NCBI GenBank assembly: GCA_046153645.1
Contig: JBJXGI010000042.1
Coordinates: 1-64,000, forward strand
Length of the DNA: 64,000 nucleotides
Direction: 5' to 3'
From: Elusimicrobiota bacterium
GTDB taxonomy: Bacteria > Elusimicrobiota > Elusimicrobia > F11
Part shown: one piece after another, positions 36,354 to 48,012 of the stretch
Numbering within the stretch: position 1 is the stretch's first letter
How the letters are laid out: each line of letters begins with the position of its first letter
Notes under the pieces: model-generated
Told to the model about the DNA's origin: nothing
Seen by the model: the letters and a program-made list of their open reading frames with translations, nothing else
Databases searched by the model: none
Translations under genes and position numbers: made by a program

Positions 36354-38552
36354 TTGAAAATTAAGACAACAAAGTGGATGATTATCGGAATTCTTCTTTT
36401 TTTTATCGGAGGAGCATTTATCGTAGGGGGCATTCTCAAAGGGACTTTAAAGGATTTGCCCTCAGTAAAAACTTTAGAGCAATACGTCCCTCCACTTGTC
36501 ACCCAGGTTCTCGACACTTCCGGGTCCGCCGTTGGCGAATTTTTTACTGAACGCAGGACCACCATTCCTTTAAACCAAATCCCCATGGATCTTAGGCGCG
36601 CCGTCATTGCCATTGAAGATACCGACTTTAATAAACATTGGGGTGTTAATCCCAAAGCCATCGTTCGTGCAACACTGGCTAACTTACGAGCGGGACGACT
36701 GGTACAAGGCGGATCTACTCTCACTCAACAACTCGCCAAAACTATTTTTTTAACCCGGAAGAAAACATTGGGCCGAAAAGTAAAAGAAATGCTCCTTACG
36801 CTTCAAATTGAAAAAAATTATTCAAAAGATGAGATTATGGAGCTTTACTTAAATCAAATTTATTTCGGAGGGGGTGCTTATGGCGTAGAAGCAGCTTCTC
36901 GACTTTATTTTGGGAAACGTACTCAAGAATTGAATCTATCCGAGTGCGCTCTTCTCGGAGGGCTCATCAGGCTGCCTAACCGATACTCCCCTGTTAACAA
37001 TCCTGAAATATCTAAAGATCGACGAGCCACTGTGTTAAAGCGCATGAGAGAAGTGGGTTATATAACAGAATTAGAAGAAAAAGAAGCCGCTGGTCAACCC
37101 ATTTTAAATGTTAAAGCGGGTTTTAAAGCCAAAGACGCCCCCTACTTCGTAGAAGAAGTATTCAAAACACTCGAACCTACATTTGGGTCTGAAACCTTAG
37201 AACAAAGCGGGCTTAACATTCACACCACTTTAGATCTCAACATGCAAAGAGCCGCAGAACTAGTTTTAGAAAAACATCTTTCAACTTATGACGCATTTTA
37301 CGCTACGGCCACATTAGCTGAATATATAAAAGATGCAAAAGAAAAAGCACTGGACAAAACAAAAGTCAATATTTCAACAACACCTCCTAAAATTCAAGGG
37401 GCTTTGGTTGTTATGGATGTTCACACGGGGGCTATCCGCACTATGATTGGTGGACGAGATTTTTATAAATCTCAATTTAACAGAGTCACTCAAGCCAAAC
37501 GTCAACCAGGCTCTTCTTTTAAAGCATTTGCTGTCGCCGCCGCATTAGAAGGACCTTTTACAGCAGCCTCTGTTGTTGACGATTATCCTTTGGTTTATGT
37601 GGATGTGGAATCTGATGCCACTCTTTTAGCAGAAACAACAACTTATGCCGAAACCACAACCGCCATTTTGGACAATCTGCAATTAACACCTGAACAGTTT
37701 TGGGGTAAACCCAAAAAAGAGCGTGACGAAATCTTAAAAAAATATTGGCGCCCTCAAAATTATGACGGAAAATATTTGGGACCTTTGACCATACGAAAAG
37801 GGTTACAAAAATCAAGAAACCTAGTTACCATTCGACTGGTAGGAAGTACAGGACCAAGAACCGTGGTTCAAATGGCAAAAAAAGCAGGAATTGAAAGCCA
37901 TGTTAGTTCGGTGCTTTCAACAGGACTTGGAACCTCTGTTACCACTTTACTCGAACTAACCAATGCTTATGGAACTTTTGCCTCAGGTGGCCTTTGGGCG
38001 CAACCTTATTTCATTGAAAAAATTACAGATCGAAGAGGAAAAGTTTTACAAGAAACCAGTCCTAAGGTAGAAGCCAGAGTTAACCCACAAACAGCTTTTT
38101 TAATCACCAATCTATTGAGAGGAGTGATTGAATATGGAACAGGCGCTTATGCCAGAAGAATTGGAAAACCTTTGGGAGGAAAAACAGGAACCACACAAGA
38201 TCAAAGAGATCTTTTGTTTATTGGATTTTCTCCTGATTTAGTCTGTGGAGTTTGGATTGGTTATGATGATTTTCGTCCCTTAAAAAAAGGGCTGAGCGCC
38301 TCTCACATTGCCGTTCCGCTTTGGACAGAATTCATGAAGGACGCATTAAAAGATATGCCAGCAAAAGATTTTCCCGTGCCTCCAAAAATTGAATACGCAA
38401 AAATTGACGCCGATACTGGTTATCTAGCGCTTTCCACTTGTCCCAAGGTTTTCCTAGAAGCCTTTAAAGAAGGAACGGTGCCAACAGAATTTTGCCCTTA
38501 TGATCACTTGAATAGCAGCGGAATCAGCGGAGAAGAAGAAATATTAGAGTAA
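36354..38552 (+). CDS. class A penicillin-binding protein (PBP1A family)
   Basis: Transglycosylase EDTDF..H.G, GGSTLTQQLAK, RKVKE; transpeptidase SSFK, SRN, KTGT. Confidence 0.95.
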   Translation: MKIKTTKWMIIGILLFFIGGAFIVGGILKGTLKDLPSVKTLEQYVPPLVTQVLDTSGSAVGEFFTERRTTIPLNQIPMDLRRAVIAIEDTDFNKHWGVNPKAIVRATLANLRAGRLVQGGSTLTQQLAKTIFLTRKKTLGRKVKEMLLTLQIEKNYSKDEIMELYLNQIYFGGGAYGVEAASRLYFGKRTQELNLSECALLGGLIRLPNRYSPVNNPEISKDRRATVLKRMREVGYITELEEKEAAGQPILNVKAGFKAKDAPYFVEEVFKTLEPTFGSETLEQSGLNIHTTLDLNMQRAAELVLEKHLSTYDAFYATATLAEYIKDAKEKALDKTKVNISTTPPKIQGALVVMDVHTGAIRTMIGGRDFYKSQFNRVTQAKRQPGSSFKAFAVAAALEGPFTAASVVDDYPLVYVDVESDATLLAETTTYAETTTAILDNLQLTPEQFWGKPKKERDEILKKYWRPQNYDGKYLGPLTIRKGLQKSRNLVTIRLVGSTGPRTVVQMAKKAGIESHVSSVLSTGLGTSVTTLLELTNAYGTFASGGLWAQPYFIEKITDRRGKVLQETSPKVEARVNPQTAFLITNLLRGVIEYGTGAYARRIGKPLGGKTGTTQDQRDLLFIGFSPDLVCGVWIGYDDFRPLKKGLSASHIAVPLWTEFMKDALKDMPAKDFPVPPKIEYAKIDADTGYLALSTCPKVFLEAFKEGTVPTEFCPYDHLNSSGISGEEEILE

Positions 38553-38601
38553 TTTTTACAGCATATTGAACATTTCTCCGGAAGGACTGATAACTAAAAG
38601 T

Positions 38602-39342
38602 TCAAGAAACTGAAGATTTCAAATAGTCACGATTAAGGCGGGCAATAAAGTTTTGAGAGATTTCTTTGGGGCAAGCGGCGGTGCATTCTCCGATGTTGGT
38701 ACAACCACCAAAACCTTCAGCGTCCATTTGTGTAACCATATTTTTGGCGCGCATGGAACGTTCGGGTTGACCTTGAGGCAGATAGCCTAAGTGAGAAATT
38801 TTTGCAGCAGTAAATAACATGGCTGAAGCGTTGGGACAAGCGGCCACGCAAGCGCCGCATCCTATACAAGCCGCCGCATCCATTGCTAAATCAGCATTTT
38901 GTTTTGGAACAGGTGTTGTATTGGCTTCAGGTGCACTGCCTGTTCGAACAGAAATAAATCCACCCGATTGAATAATTCGATCGAAAGAACTTCGATCAAC
39001 ACATAAATCTTTGATGACAGGAAATGCTTTGGCTCTCCACGGTTCGATGGTAATTGTATCACCATCTTTAAACGATCTCATGTGGAGCTGACAAGTGGTG
39101 GTGGCAGGCATTGGGCCATGGGCAACACCATTAATCATGCATCCACAAGTTCCACAAATTCCTTCACGACAATCACTATCAAAAGCCACCGGATCCTCAC
39201 CACGTGAGGTCAACTGTTCATTTAAAACATCAATCATCTCAAGAAACGACATATGTTCACTAATATCGTGAACTTTATATTCCACTATTTTTCCTGGAGT
39301 TTGTTGATTTTTTTGCCGCCAAATTCGAAGAGTTAAATTCAT
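38602..39342 (-). CDS. sdhB: succinate dehydrogenase/fumarate reductase Fe-S subunit
   Basis: [29 protein letters not shown]...CP. Confidence 0.95.
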   Translation of the reverse strand: MNLTLRIWRQKNQQTPGKIVEYKVHDISEHMSFLEMIDVLNEQLTSRGEDPVAFDSDCREGICGTCGCMINGVAHGPMPATTTCQLHMRSFKDGDTITIEPWRAKAFPVIKDLCVDRSSFDRIIQSGGFISVRTGSAPEANTTPVPKQNADLAMDAAACIGCGACVAACPNASAMLFTAAKISHLGYLPQGQPERSMRAKNMVTQMDAEGFGGCTNIGECTAACPKEISQNFIARLNRDYLKSSVS

Positions 39343-41256
39343 TTATTTATAACTCCTTTGAGCCAAATGGATATTTTCAAAATTGAGAGGTTCTTTATGT
39401 AACGTCGGTTCTGAATTTTCACCTTTGTACTCCCAGGCCGCTACATAAGAATATTTCGAGTCGTCTCGTAACGCTTCACCTTCAGGCGTTTGACTCTCTT
39501 CTCTAAAGTGACCACCACAAGATTCTGATCTTTGCAGAGCATCCCTACACATCAGTTCAGCTAATTCAAAAAAATCTGCGACACGCCCAGCACGCTCAAG
39601 TGATTGATTTAATTCTTCACCAACCCCAGGAATATTTATTTCTTTCCAGAATTTTTCTTTGAGTTCAGGAATTCTTTGTAAAGCAGTTTTAAGACCGATC
39701 TCTGTTCGAGACATTCCACAATAATCCCAAACTAATTTACCGAGTTCTTTATGGAAAGAGTCAACTGATCTTTTCCCTTTGGCTGATAAAAAACGATTAA
39801 GCCGCCCTGAAACTTCAGCTTCAGCTTGTTTAAAAATGGCGTGATCTGTTGAATATTGAGATGATTTATTTTTTGACAAATAATCACCAATGGTATAGGG
39901 AATTACAAAATAACCATCGGCTAAACCCTGCATAAGCGCACTTGCTCCTAAACGATTGGCCCCGTGGTCAGAAAAATTAGCTTCTCCAATAACGAAGAGT
40001 CCATCAATGGTACTCATCAAATTATAATCCACCCAAAGTCCACCCATCGTATAGTGAATGGCTGGGTAAATTCTCATCGGAACTTTGTATGGATTTTCTC
40101 CGGTGATTCGGTTATACATGTCAAAAAGATTAGCGTATCGTTCTCTAATTTTATCTTCGCCAAGTCTTTTAATGGCATCAGAAAAATCAAGGTATACACC
40201 TAACCCACCAGGCCCCACTCCTCGGCCTTCGTCACAAACTTGTTTGGCGTTACGCGAAGCGACATCTCGAGGAACTAAATTTCCATAACTAGGGTATTTC
40301 CTCTCAAGATAATAATCTCTTTCTAATTCTGGAATCTGATCAGGAGACCGATTATCTCCTTTGTTTTTAGGAACCCAAATTCGACCATCATTACGCAGAG
40401 ACTCCGACATGAGAGTTAATTTAGACTGGTAATCGCCACTAACAGGAATACAAGTCGGATGAATTTGTGTGTAACAAGGGTTTGCAAAGGCCGCCCCTTT
40501 TTTATGGGCTCGCCAAATGGCAGTGGTATTGCAGCCTTTGGCATTGGTAGAAAGATAATAAACATTTCCATAACCACCGGTGGCAAGCACAACGGCATCG
40601 GCAGAATAAGAAGAAATTTTTCCGCTCACCATATCACGCACAACAATTCCCTTTGCTTGATTGTTCTCAACAACCAATTCCATCATCTCAGAACGAGGGA
40701 ACATTTTTACTTGTCCTAAACCAATTTGCCGAGAAAGTGATGAATAGGCCCCAATAAGGAGTTGCTGCCCGGTTTGACCTTTGGCATAAAATGTTCGAGA
40801 AACTTGCGCGCCACCGAAAGAGCGATTATCTAAATAACCACTATATTCTCTGGCAAAGGGAACACCTTGTGCTACACATTGGTCAATAATATTAACGCTT
40901 AACTGAGCTAAACGATAAACATTGGCTTCACGCGCTCGATAGTCGCCACCTTTAATTGTGTCGTAAAAAAGCCGATAAATACTATCACCGTCGTTCTGAT
41001 AATTTTTGGCAGCGTTAATGCCTCCTTGAGCGGCAATGGAATGCGCGCGGCGGGGACTATCTTGATAACAAAAACATAGAACATTGTAACCCAATTCAGC
41101 AAATGATGCGGCCGCCGAAGCGCCTGCCAAACCAGAACCAACAACAATAATGGTGTATTTTCGTTTGTTGGTTGCATTGACTATCTTTAAATCGTTTTTA
41201 TGGTTGTCCCATTTTTTTTCAATAGGCCCCACAGGAATTCTTGAATTAAGTTCCAT
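39343..41256 (-). CDS. sdhA: succinate dehydrogenase/fumarate reductase flavoprotein subunit
   Basis: [40 protein letters not shown]. Confidence 0.95.
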   Translation of the reverse strand: MELNSRIPVGPIEKKWDNHKNDLKIVNATNKRKYTIIVVGSGLAGASAAASFAELGYNVLCFCYQDSPRRAHSIAAQGGINAAKNYQNDGDSIYRLFYDTIKGGDYRAREANVYRLAQLSVNIIDQCVAQGVPFAREYSGYLDNRSFGGAQVSRTFYAKGQTGQQLLIGAYSSLSRQIGLGQVKMFPRSEMMELVVENNQAKGIVVRDMVSGKISSYSADAVVLATGGYGNVYYLSTNAKGCNTTAIWRAHKKGAAFANPCYTQIHPTCIPVSGDYQSKLTLMSESLRNDGRIWVPKNKGDNRSPDQIPELERDYYLERKYPSYGNLVPRDVASRNAKQVCDEGRGVGPGGLGVYLDFSDAIKRLGEDKIRERYANLFDMYNRITGENPYKVPMRIYPAIHYTMGGLWVDYNLMSTIDGLFVIGEANFSDHGANRLGASALMQGLADGYFVIPYTIGDYLSKNKSSQYSTDHAIFKQAEAEVSGRLNRFLSAKGKRSVDSFHKELGKLVWDYCGMSRTEIGLKTALQRIPELKEKFWKEINIPGVGEELNQSLERAGRVADFFELAELMCRDALQRSESCGGHFREESQTPEGEALRDDSKYSYVAAWEYKGENSEPTLHKEPLNFENIHLAQRSYK

Positions 41257-41266
41257 AATTTCCTTA

Positions 41267-41923
41267 TTACTTTAGTATTCCCATGAGTACTGCCAAAGGA
41301 ATGGCGGAGTATCCCAATGGAATGGCGATCGCAATGAACAGCGCTAAATATTGGCGAAAAAAATTTATTTTTGGATGATTGAGACCCAACGTTTGAAATA
41401 CACTATAAACTCCGTGATACAAATGCATTCCCAATGAAATCATTGCCAATAAATAAACAAACGAAACCAGTTTACTCGAGAACCCAACAACAATATTGTT
41501 ATACACATCGCCCGAAATAAAAGCAGGGTGTACGCTACCAACAGTTAAATGCAATAAATGGAAGACAACATAAAAAGCCAAAAAAAGACCACTCCAAATC
41601 ATAAACCGTGAAGGCGCATTGGCTTGAACCATTGTGTGATTTTCATATTTTTCTGGGCGGCTATTTTTATTTAAGCGAGTCAACTGAACGGTAAAAATAA
41701 AATGGAGTACAACAGAAAAAAGTAAAACAACACGAGTGCCCCACAAGAGACCTTTGGTTTCGTGCAAAAACTCCGCATAATCATTAATTTTTTCAGGTCC
41801 TAAAAAAACCTGCAAGTTACCAAGCATATGCCCCACAACAAACCCGAGCATAAGAAGCCCTGTTACTGCCACAACAATTTTTTTACCAATAGAAGAACTT
41901 AAAAAACAAGAGCAATTTTTCAT
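41267..41923 (-). CDS. sdhC: succinate dehydrogenase cytochrome b subunit
   Basis: SSIGKK..VAVTG, HMLGNL, five TM helices with His ligands; precedes sdhA. Confidence 0.92.
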   Translation of the reverse strand: MKNCSCFLSSSIGKKIVVAVTGLLMLGFVVGHMLGNLQVFLGPEKINDYAEFLHETKGLLWGTRVVLLFSVVLHFIFTVQLTRLNKNSRPEKYENHTMVQANAPSRFMIWSGLFLAFYVVFHLLHLTVGSVHPAFISGDVYNNIVVGFSSKLVSFVYLLAMISLGMHLYHGVYSVFQTLGLNHPKINFFRQYLALFIAIAIPLGYSAIPLAVLMGILK

Positions 41924-42375
41924 TTGAATAAATTTAGCACTTCTTCAATGTGCCCATCTACTTTTACTTTTGGAAATATCTGCGTTATCTTTCCAGTTTC
42001 ATTAATAATAAAAGTGGTTCGCTCGATTCCCATATATTTTTTCCCATACATACTCTTTTCTTTCCACACACCGTAAGCTTGAATCATTTCTTTTGATGGG
42101 TCGCTTAACAAAGGAAAAGAAAGAGAGAATTTCTTTTTAAATTTCTGGTGGGATTCAATTGGGTCAGCGCTCACGCCATAAATCACTACATTCTTCTTAG
42201 AGAAGGCTTTTATTTCATCTCGAAAGCCACAAGCTTCTTTGGTACAACCGGGAGTGTCATCTTTCGGATAAAAATAAAGAACGACATTTTTTCCTTTTAA
42301 ATCTTTTAGAGAAACCATCTCATCATTATCGTTTTGGAGTTTAAAATCAGGTGCTTTATCGCCAATTTTCAACAT
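41920..42375 (-). CDS. bcp: thioredoxin-dependent peroxiredoxin Bcp
   Basis: YFYPKDDTPGCTKEAC.FRD. Confidence 0.95.
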   Translation of the reverse strand: MLKIGDKAPDFKLQNDNDEMVSLKDLKGKNVVLYFYPKDDTPGCTKEACGFRDEIKAFSKKNVVIYGVSADPIESHQKFKKKFSLSFPLLSDPSKEMIQAYGVWKEKSMYGKKYMGIERTTFIINETGKITQIFPKVKVDGHIEEVLNLFK

Positions 42376-42383
42376 AAGGTCTC

Positions 42384-43178
42384 CTAGGGTTTATTTAAAA
42401 CTGAATTTAAAGTCCAGTCATATTGATATTTCACTTTTGCTGGAAAATCTGTTTTTAATTTTTGATCAATTAAATCGGCATCTGGTCTTAATGTGGGATC
42501 AGTTAAAGAAGACAAATAAACACCTGTCCCACCAAATCCTCGAAAGTCTTCTTCATACCACTTCATTAAAGAAGAAATCACCACCGTGTCATTTTCAATT
42601 TTTAAATGTTTAGAAGAATTGACAAATCGCAGTTCGTTTTCTTTGAGTGTTTCATCTAAAGTAGAAGGATCATAAGCCCGATTTATTAATGGAGGACAAT
42701 CAATCGCAGCGCACACAAGAGCAAAATGAATTCGATGATTTAAATTGGGGAGTGAAATACCTTCGATGGGGCCCCCTCTTCTTTTATTGGCACGAATAAC
42801 TCTATTTTCAATTTCGTCTAAAGAAAGTTCAATTTTTCTCACTTTAAATTTTTCTTTAAAAATATTGAAGTCGTCACTCACTTTCTTTAATTTCGGTCGA
42901 TTTAAAATAAATTGAATCGCATGCGCATTATAAGCATTAATCCAAAAAGCCAATTGTTCTTTTTCGTTACATTTAGAAAGATCAGCATTTTCTAAAAGCA
43001 TGAGGTATTTTTTGAGATCGCCCCCATTTTTTGAACGAATACCCTCATAATCAACAAATCCCTGATCATCTACATTTTTTTTCAAAATCTTGTCGAAAAC
43101 GGAATGATTCAGACAAGCAGCCCAGGATAATAGTGATGTAAATATTAAGACAACAAACAACCCAATCCTCTTAAACAT
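42384..43178 (-). CDS. DUF547-domain secreted protein
   Basis: G.VDY, LAFWINAYNA, RIHFALVCAAIDCP.L, YDWTLN. Confidence 0.88.
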   Translation of the reverse strand: MFKRIGLFVVLIFTSLLSWAACLNHSVFDKILKKNVDDQGFVDYEGIRSKNGGDLKKYLMLLENADLSKCNEKEQLAFWINAYNAHAIQFILNRPKLKKVSDDFNIFKEKFKVRKIELSLDEIENRVIRANKRRGGPIEGISLPNLNHRIHFALVCAAIDCPPLINRAYDPSTLDETLKENELRFVNSSKHLKIENDTVVISSLMKWYEEDFRGFGGTGVYLSSLTDPTLRPDADLIDQKLKTDFPAKVKYQYDWTLNSVLNKP

Positions 43179-43938
43179 TTTTTACCTCGTCCCTTATTTC
43201 ATTGGGCAATTTAGATGCGGCACCCTTATTTAACAACCAAATTAATTCTCCCTTAATAGAGATAATTTTTTGTGCGGGGTACCGGTCTTGCGCAAAATCA
43301 GTTCTAAATATTTCTTTAATAATAGGCGCCTTAGATTCGCCCTGAACTAAAAAGAAGATTCTTTCCGCATTGTTAATAACAGGATAGGTTAAAGTGATTC
43401 GATGGCTATTAAGCCGCTCTACAAAATTAGAAGTGACCAGTTTATTTTTTTCATTCAGTGCCGCTGTTCCTGGAAATAATGAAGCGGTGTGACCATCTTC
43501 ACCAATCCCCATTAACATGAAATCAAACACAGGAACAGAATAGGTCAATTTAAAAAACGCCTTTATTTCACTTTCATAAGCTTTTGCCCCAGCTGATGGC
43601 GGAGTCATTTCTCCTTTCATGCGAAAAATATTATTAGTTGGAATCGGAACCTTCGATAATAAATTATCCATTGCCAATTTATAATTACTGTCTTTATGGT
43701 CAGGAGAAACACATCTCTCATCAACCCAAAACACAAACGTTTTAGACCAAGGAACTCGCGATTTAAAATAGGTATCGCTTAACAGCTGGAATAACTTAAC
43801 GGGAGTTGATCCGCCCGACAACACCAAAGTAAAACGACCATTTTTCTCAACCGCTTTGCTCGCAGACTCGACAATAGATAAAGCAGCCTCTTTATAAAAA
43901 TCTTCGTCGTGGAGAGCAACTTTAATTTGGCGTGACAT
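43171..43938 (-). CDS. pgl: 6-phosphogluconolactonase
   Basis: LSGGSTP, DERCV...DSNY, GIGEDGHTASLFP, RITLT. Confidence 0.95.
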   Translation of the reverse strand: MSRQIKVALHDEDFYKEAALSIVESASKAVEKNGRFTLVLSGGSTPVKLFQLLSDTYFKSRVPWSKTFVFWVDERCVSPDHKDSNYKLAMDNLLSKVPIPTNNIFRMKGEMTPPSAGAKAYESEIKAFFKLTYSVPVFDFMLMGIGEDGHTASLFPGTAALNEKNKLVTSNFVERLNSHRITLTYPVINNAERIFFLVQGESKAPIIKEIFRTDFAQDRYPAQKIISIKGELIWLLNKGAASKLPNEIRDEVKNV

Positions 43939-43939
43939 T

Positions 43940-46756
43940 TTATTTACTAAGCACTTTTCTTAAGATGATTTCGATGTTTTTAAGCCCACGCAGGCCATCT
44001 TTGAAATGAATCCTTAAAGCTCTTCTATTTTTGTGCTGAAGGGCTGATAAATCACCCAACGCTTGAGCCTCTTTAAGCGTGCTAAAAGTAAAAGGTTCGC
44101 CAGCAATCGATAAATCTTTTTTATCATCTGATGTGATTTGTAAAAAGATTCCGGAGTTATCCCCTCCTTTATGAAGCTGCCCGGTTGAATGCAAGAACCG
44201 TGGACCAAACCCGATGGTGGTAGCAATATTTTTTTGATCCAAAACTAACTTTCGAATTTTTTGGAGTTGTTGCTCATAACCTATGTTACGCGTTAAATAA
44301 GCAAGAAGGGCAAAGTAATCTCCGGGTTTAATTGAATTGAACACTTCACTTAAAATTGCCTCAAGTGATTGAGTTTCTTTCAAAAGATTCGCAGCGGCAA
44401 AAACAGAAACTCCCTCTTTTTCAAATATAGGAAGTGGCGCGCCCAAATTTCCTTTTGACGTAAAGGTTTCCAAAAACTCTTTGGTTAAATCTTTTGATTC
44501 TTGTACGTTCGGTTGATCGAAAGGATTAATATCGAGAATCTTACCGGCAATCCCCGTAGCAAATTCCCATCTAAAAAATTCGCCAATCATCTCTTCTTCT
44601 GAATTCAATTTAATATCAATAATCGGATGACCCGCTTTTTTAAGTGCCTTTAAATTATTCGAGGTCTTGCTATCAATTTTGGTATGAATAGAAATGAATA
44701 CGCGGTCATGAGCGTAACCTTTCACTCGAATGGGCTCTGATTCGACAGGGAGAATCCCAACCCCTTCTTTACCGGTACTTTCAGCAATTAGCTGTTCAAC
44801 CCAGGTTGAAAAACTTGCGATATCTTTTGAAAGAATAAATGTGACTTTGTTACGCCCTTGTTTGGCCAGCACTCCTAAAATAGCGCCCAAAACCAAACCG
44901 GGGTTTTTGTCGGTTGGAATTTGAGAACTACAAGCAGCGCTCATTGAATTGGCGATTGATGTTATTTTATGAACATCGAATCCCATAAGCGCGGCGGGCA
45001 ACATGCCAAAAAAGGACAAGGCGGAATATCGCCCACCAATATCTGAGGGGTTTAAAACAATATGGCGGAATTTTTTCTCTTTGGCAATTTTTTCCATCTG
45101 AGTACCGGGATCAGTAATCGCAATAAAGTGATCGCCCGCTTTATCACCTTTTTTCTTTTTGACCAAGTCATAAAAATAAGAAAAGAAGGCATTGGGTTCA
45201 GTTGTTGAGCCTGATTTACTGGCAACGATATAAAGAGTTTTTTCTGGTTTTGATCGACCGGCACGTTCCAAAACAGAACCGGGTTCGGTACTATCTAAAA
45301 TAGCGAATTCAGGGAAACCAGGTTTTTTGCCATAGGTCAGTCTCAACACCTCTGGACATAAACTCGATCCACCCATTCCCAAAAGAAGAATGTTGGTAAA
45401 TTTATTTTTTCGAACATCGTCAGAAATTGATTTAAGAAGGGCCAATTGCCTTTCTACTTTAGAAACCACATCTAACCAACCCAGAGAGTTACTGATAATC
45501 TTTTTATGCGCCTCATCTGATTTCCAAAGAGTGGCATCTTTATCCCATACACGTTTCACCCATGATTCTTTTTGAGCTTGAGAAATGACGGAAGCAACGT
45601 CTTGGTGGTACTTTCCGATATTAAAATTCATGGTTTTAAATTGTTGACTAGTGAGAAGTTCTTTTTTTACATTTACCACCTTCATTAAACTTTCAAAAGA
45701 ACCTGAGAATGATTTCACGCCTTCTTCTTGTAGTTGATTCATAAGATCATCAAAAGAAATACCAAGCTTTTCAATAGCGGGAAGAACTTGTTTTGCCTCA
45801 TTCCATCCTGATTCTAATTTATTGGCCACTTTTCCATGGTCACGGAATGCATCGATGGTTGGTACTGGCATGGTATTAACTGTTAAAGGTCCCACCAATT
45901 CATCAATATAAATAGTATCAGGAACTCTTTTGTCTTTGGCTCCCGTGCTCGCCCACAATAATCGTTGAACTTGAGCGCCTTTGGCTTCCAATTTTTTATA
46001 CCGAGGAGAAGCTACGACATCCACAAAATGCATATAGGCTAATTTTGCATTCGCCAAACCGGCTTTATTCACGAGTGAAACGGCTTGATTATTTCCTTTG
46101 GCAACCAAGTCGTCTAAATGTTTATTAACAATAGTATCAACACGACTCACGAAAAAACTAGCAACAGATGAAATCTGACTAATTTTTTGCCCTTTTTTTA
46201 CCCTCATTTCTAACGCTTTTACATAAGCCTCTAACACTTCTTTATAAGACTCGAGCGAGAATAAAAGAGTCACATTAATATTAACCCCGAGAGATAATAA
46301 TTTTTCAATGGCGGGAATGCCGGCTTTGGTGCCAGGGACTTTAATCATTAAATTTGAACGTTTTACTTTTTTAACCAAACGAAGCGCCTCTTGAACTGTG
46401 GCTTCTGTGTCATTCGCTAAATTGGGATTTACTTCCAAACTCACATAACCATCCGTTCCTTTACTGGAAATAAAAACTTTTTTTAGCGCATCAGCGGCTT
46501 GCTGAATGTCTTTGACGGCCAATTCTTCAAAGATTTCTTCTGTTGATAAATTTTGTGAGGCAAGTTTTTTAATTTCAGCGTCATATTCTGAACTTGATGA
46601 AATAGCTTTTTCAAAAATGGTGGGATTAGAGGTCATTCCTCGAAGACCATCTTGTTCTATATACTTTTTTAGTTCACCTGACTTAAAAAGTGACCGACTA
46701 ATATAATCCAGCCAAAAACTTTGTTTTTCATTCCATAATTGTTGCAGCGTATTCAT
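43940..46756 (-). CDS. bifunctional transaldolase / glucose-6-phosphate isomerase
   Basis: N-half GMTSNPTIF, MIKVPGT, LLWASTG; C-half GMGGSSL, SKSG.T.E, GGRYSALS, QLIAESTGK, PFDQPNV. Confidence 0.94.
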   Translation of the reverse strand: MNTLQQLWNEKQSFWLDYISRSLFKSGELKKYIEQDGLRGMTSNPTIFEKAISSSSEYDAEIKKLASQNLSTEEIFEELAVKDIQQAADALKKVFISSKGTDGYVSLEVNPNLANDTEATVQEALRLVKKVKRSNLMIKVPGTKAGIPAIEKLLSLGVNINVTLLFSLESYKEVLEAYVKALEMRVKKGQKISQISSVASFFVSRVDTIVNKHLDDLVAKGNNQAVSLVNKAGLANAKLAYMHFVDVVASPRYKKLEAKGAQVQRLLWASTGAKDKRVPDTIYIDELVGPLTVNTMPVPTIDAFRDHGKVANKLESGWNEAKQVLPAIEKLGISFDDLMNQLQEEGVKSFSGSFESLMKVVNVKKELLTSQQFKTMNFNIGKYHQDVASVISQAQKESWVKRVWDKDATLWKSDEAHKKIISNSLGWLDVVSKVERQLALLKSISDDVRKNKFTNILLLGMGGSSLCPEVLRLTYGKKPGFPEFAILDSTEPGSVLERAGRSKPEKTLYIVASKSGSTTEPNAFFSYFYDLVKKKKGDKAGDHFIAITDPGTQMEKIAKEKKFRHIVLNPSDIGGRYSALSFFGMLPAALMGFDVHKITSIANSMSAACSSQIPTDKNPGLVLGAILGVLAKQGRNKVTFILSKDIASFSTWVEQLIAESTGKEGVGILPVESEPIRVKGYAHDRVFISIHTKIDSKTSNNLKALKKAGHPIIDIKLNSEEEMIGEFFRWEFATGIAGKILDINPFDQPNVQESKDLTKEFLETFTSKGNLGAPLPIFEKEGVSVFAAANLLKETQSLEAILSEVFNSIKPGDYFALLAYLTRNIGYEQQLQKIRKLVLDQKNIATTIGFGPRFLHSTGQLHKGGDNSGIFLQITSDDKKDLSIAGEPFTFSTLKEAQALGDLSALQHKNRRALRIHFKDGLRGLKNIEIILRKVLSK

Positions 46757-46774
46757 AACTTTCTCCTTGGCATT

Positions 46775-47953
46775 TTACACGGTCAATTTAATAAATTTTC
46801 TTTTTCCTACTTTTAAAACAACAGGACGAACGAGCGAAATTTTCTCTCCCAAAATAACTTTTTTCCCATCTAATTGAACACCACCTTGTTCTATTAAACG
46901 GCGTGCTTCATTTTTTGATGGGAGCAATTTGGCCTTCATAATAATTTCAATAACATCAGTTAAGCCAGGGCTGACTTGAAAAGATTCCATTTCTTCCGGG
47001 TTTTCTTTTTTAGAAAAAACCTGCTCAAAATGATTGAGCGCTTCCTGAGCTGCTTGAATTCCATGATACTTTTCAACAATAAACCCAGCCAATTTCTGTT
47101 TGGCCACTTTTGGATGCAACGTTTTAAGGTCAGTCACATTTTCTTCGGTTAAAAGTTCAAAATATTTCCACATAAGCGCATCCGGAACTGACATCAGCTT
47201 CCCAAACATATCATTAGGAACATCTTTCAAGCCCACATGGTTACCATACGATTTAGACATTTTTCGAACACCGTCTAGTCCTTCCAACAAAGGAAGTGTC
47301 ATCACCACTTGCGGTTCTTGCCCATTTTCTTTTTGAAGTTGGCGACCCATGAGTAAATTAAACAATTGATCATGCCCACCTAATTCAATATCGGCTTTAA
47401 TCGCGACAGAATCATAACCCTGAAATAAAGGATACATGAGTTCTAAGAGTGAAATAGGAAGTCCATTTTTCTTACGCTCAGAAAAATCGTCCCGCTCCAT
47501 AAGTTGCTGAACGGTATGAGTTCTTAAAAGGGCACGAGGTAAAAACTGTGGGCTTTTCCGGTCAAATAAATCATATAACCATTCGCCATTCAAATGAACT
47601 TCGGTTTTTGATTTATCAAGAATATGAAACACCTGTTCTTGATAGGTTTTAATGTTATTGGAAATAATCTCTTCTGTTAAAGGAGGCCGCGTGGTATCTC
47701 GCCCCGAAGGATCACCAATGGACGCTGTAAAATCACCAATAATAAAAACAACCGTGTGGCCCAATTCTTGAAATGTTTTGAGTTTAGTGAGAACCACTGT
47801 GTGCCCTAGGTGAATATCAGGAGCTGTTGGGTCTACTCCCAATTTAATTCTTAAGGGGCGACCCAAGGCCAGTTTTTTCTTGAGTTCTTCAAGAGAAACA
47901 ACATTGGTTGTACCTCGCAAAATGCGAGCGATATCGTTTTCAATATTTTTCAT
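46775..47953 (-). CDS. tyrS: tyrosine--tRNA ligase
   Basis: [24 protein letters not shown]-terminal S4 domain. Confidence 0.97.
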   Translation of the reverse strand: MKNIENDIARILRGTTNVVSLEELKKKLALGRPLRIKLGVDPTAPDIHLGHTVVLTKLKTFQELGHTVVFIIGDFTASIGDPSGRDTTRPPLTEEIISNNIKTYQEQVFHILDKSKTEVHLNGEWLYDLFDRKSPQFLPRALLRTHTVQQLMERDDFSERKKNGLPISLLELMYPLFQGYDSVAIKADIELGGHDQLFNLLMGRQLQKENGQEPQVVMTLPLLEGLDGVRKMSKSYGNHVGLKDVPNDMFGKLMSVPDALMWKYFELLTEENVTDLKTLHPKVAKQKLAGFIVEKYHGIQAAQEALNHFEQVFSKKENPEEMESFQVSPGLTDVIEIIMKAKLLPSKNEARRLIEQGGVQLDGKKVILGEKISLVRPVVLKVGKRKFIKLTV

Positions 47954-48012
47954 TTAGAATCGTGTTTGGTCGGAAAATTGAGATTATAAAAATATGATGG
48001 AATTTACTTCCA

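Noticed and set aside
47954..48012. T-box leader for tyrS
   Set aside because: The intergenic gap is far too short and has no T-box motif
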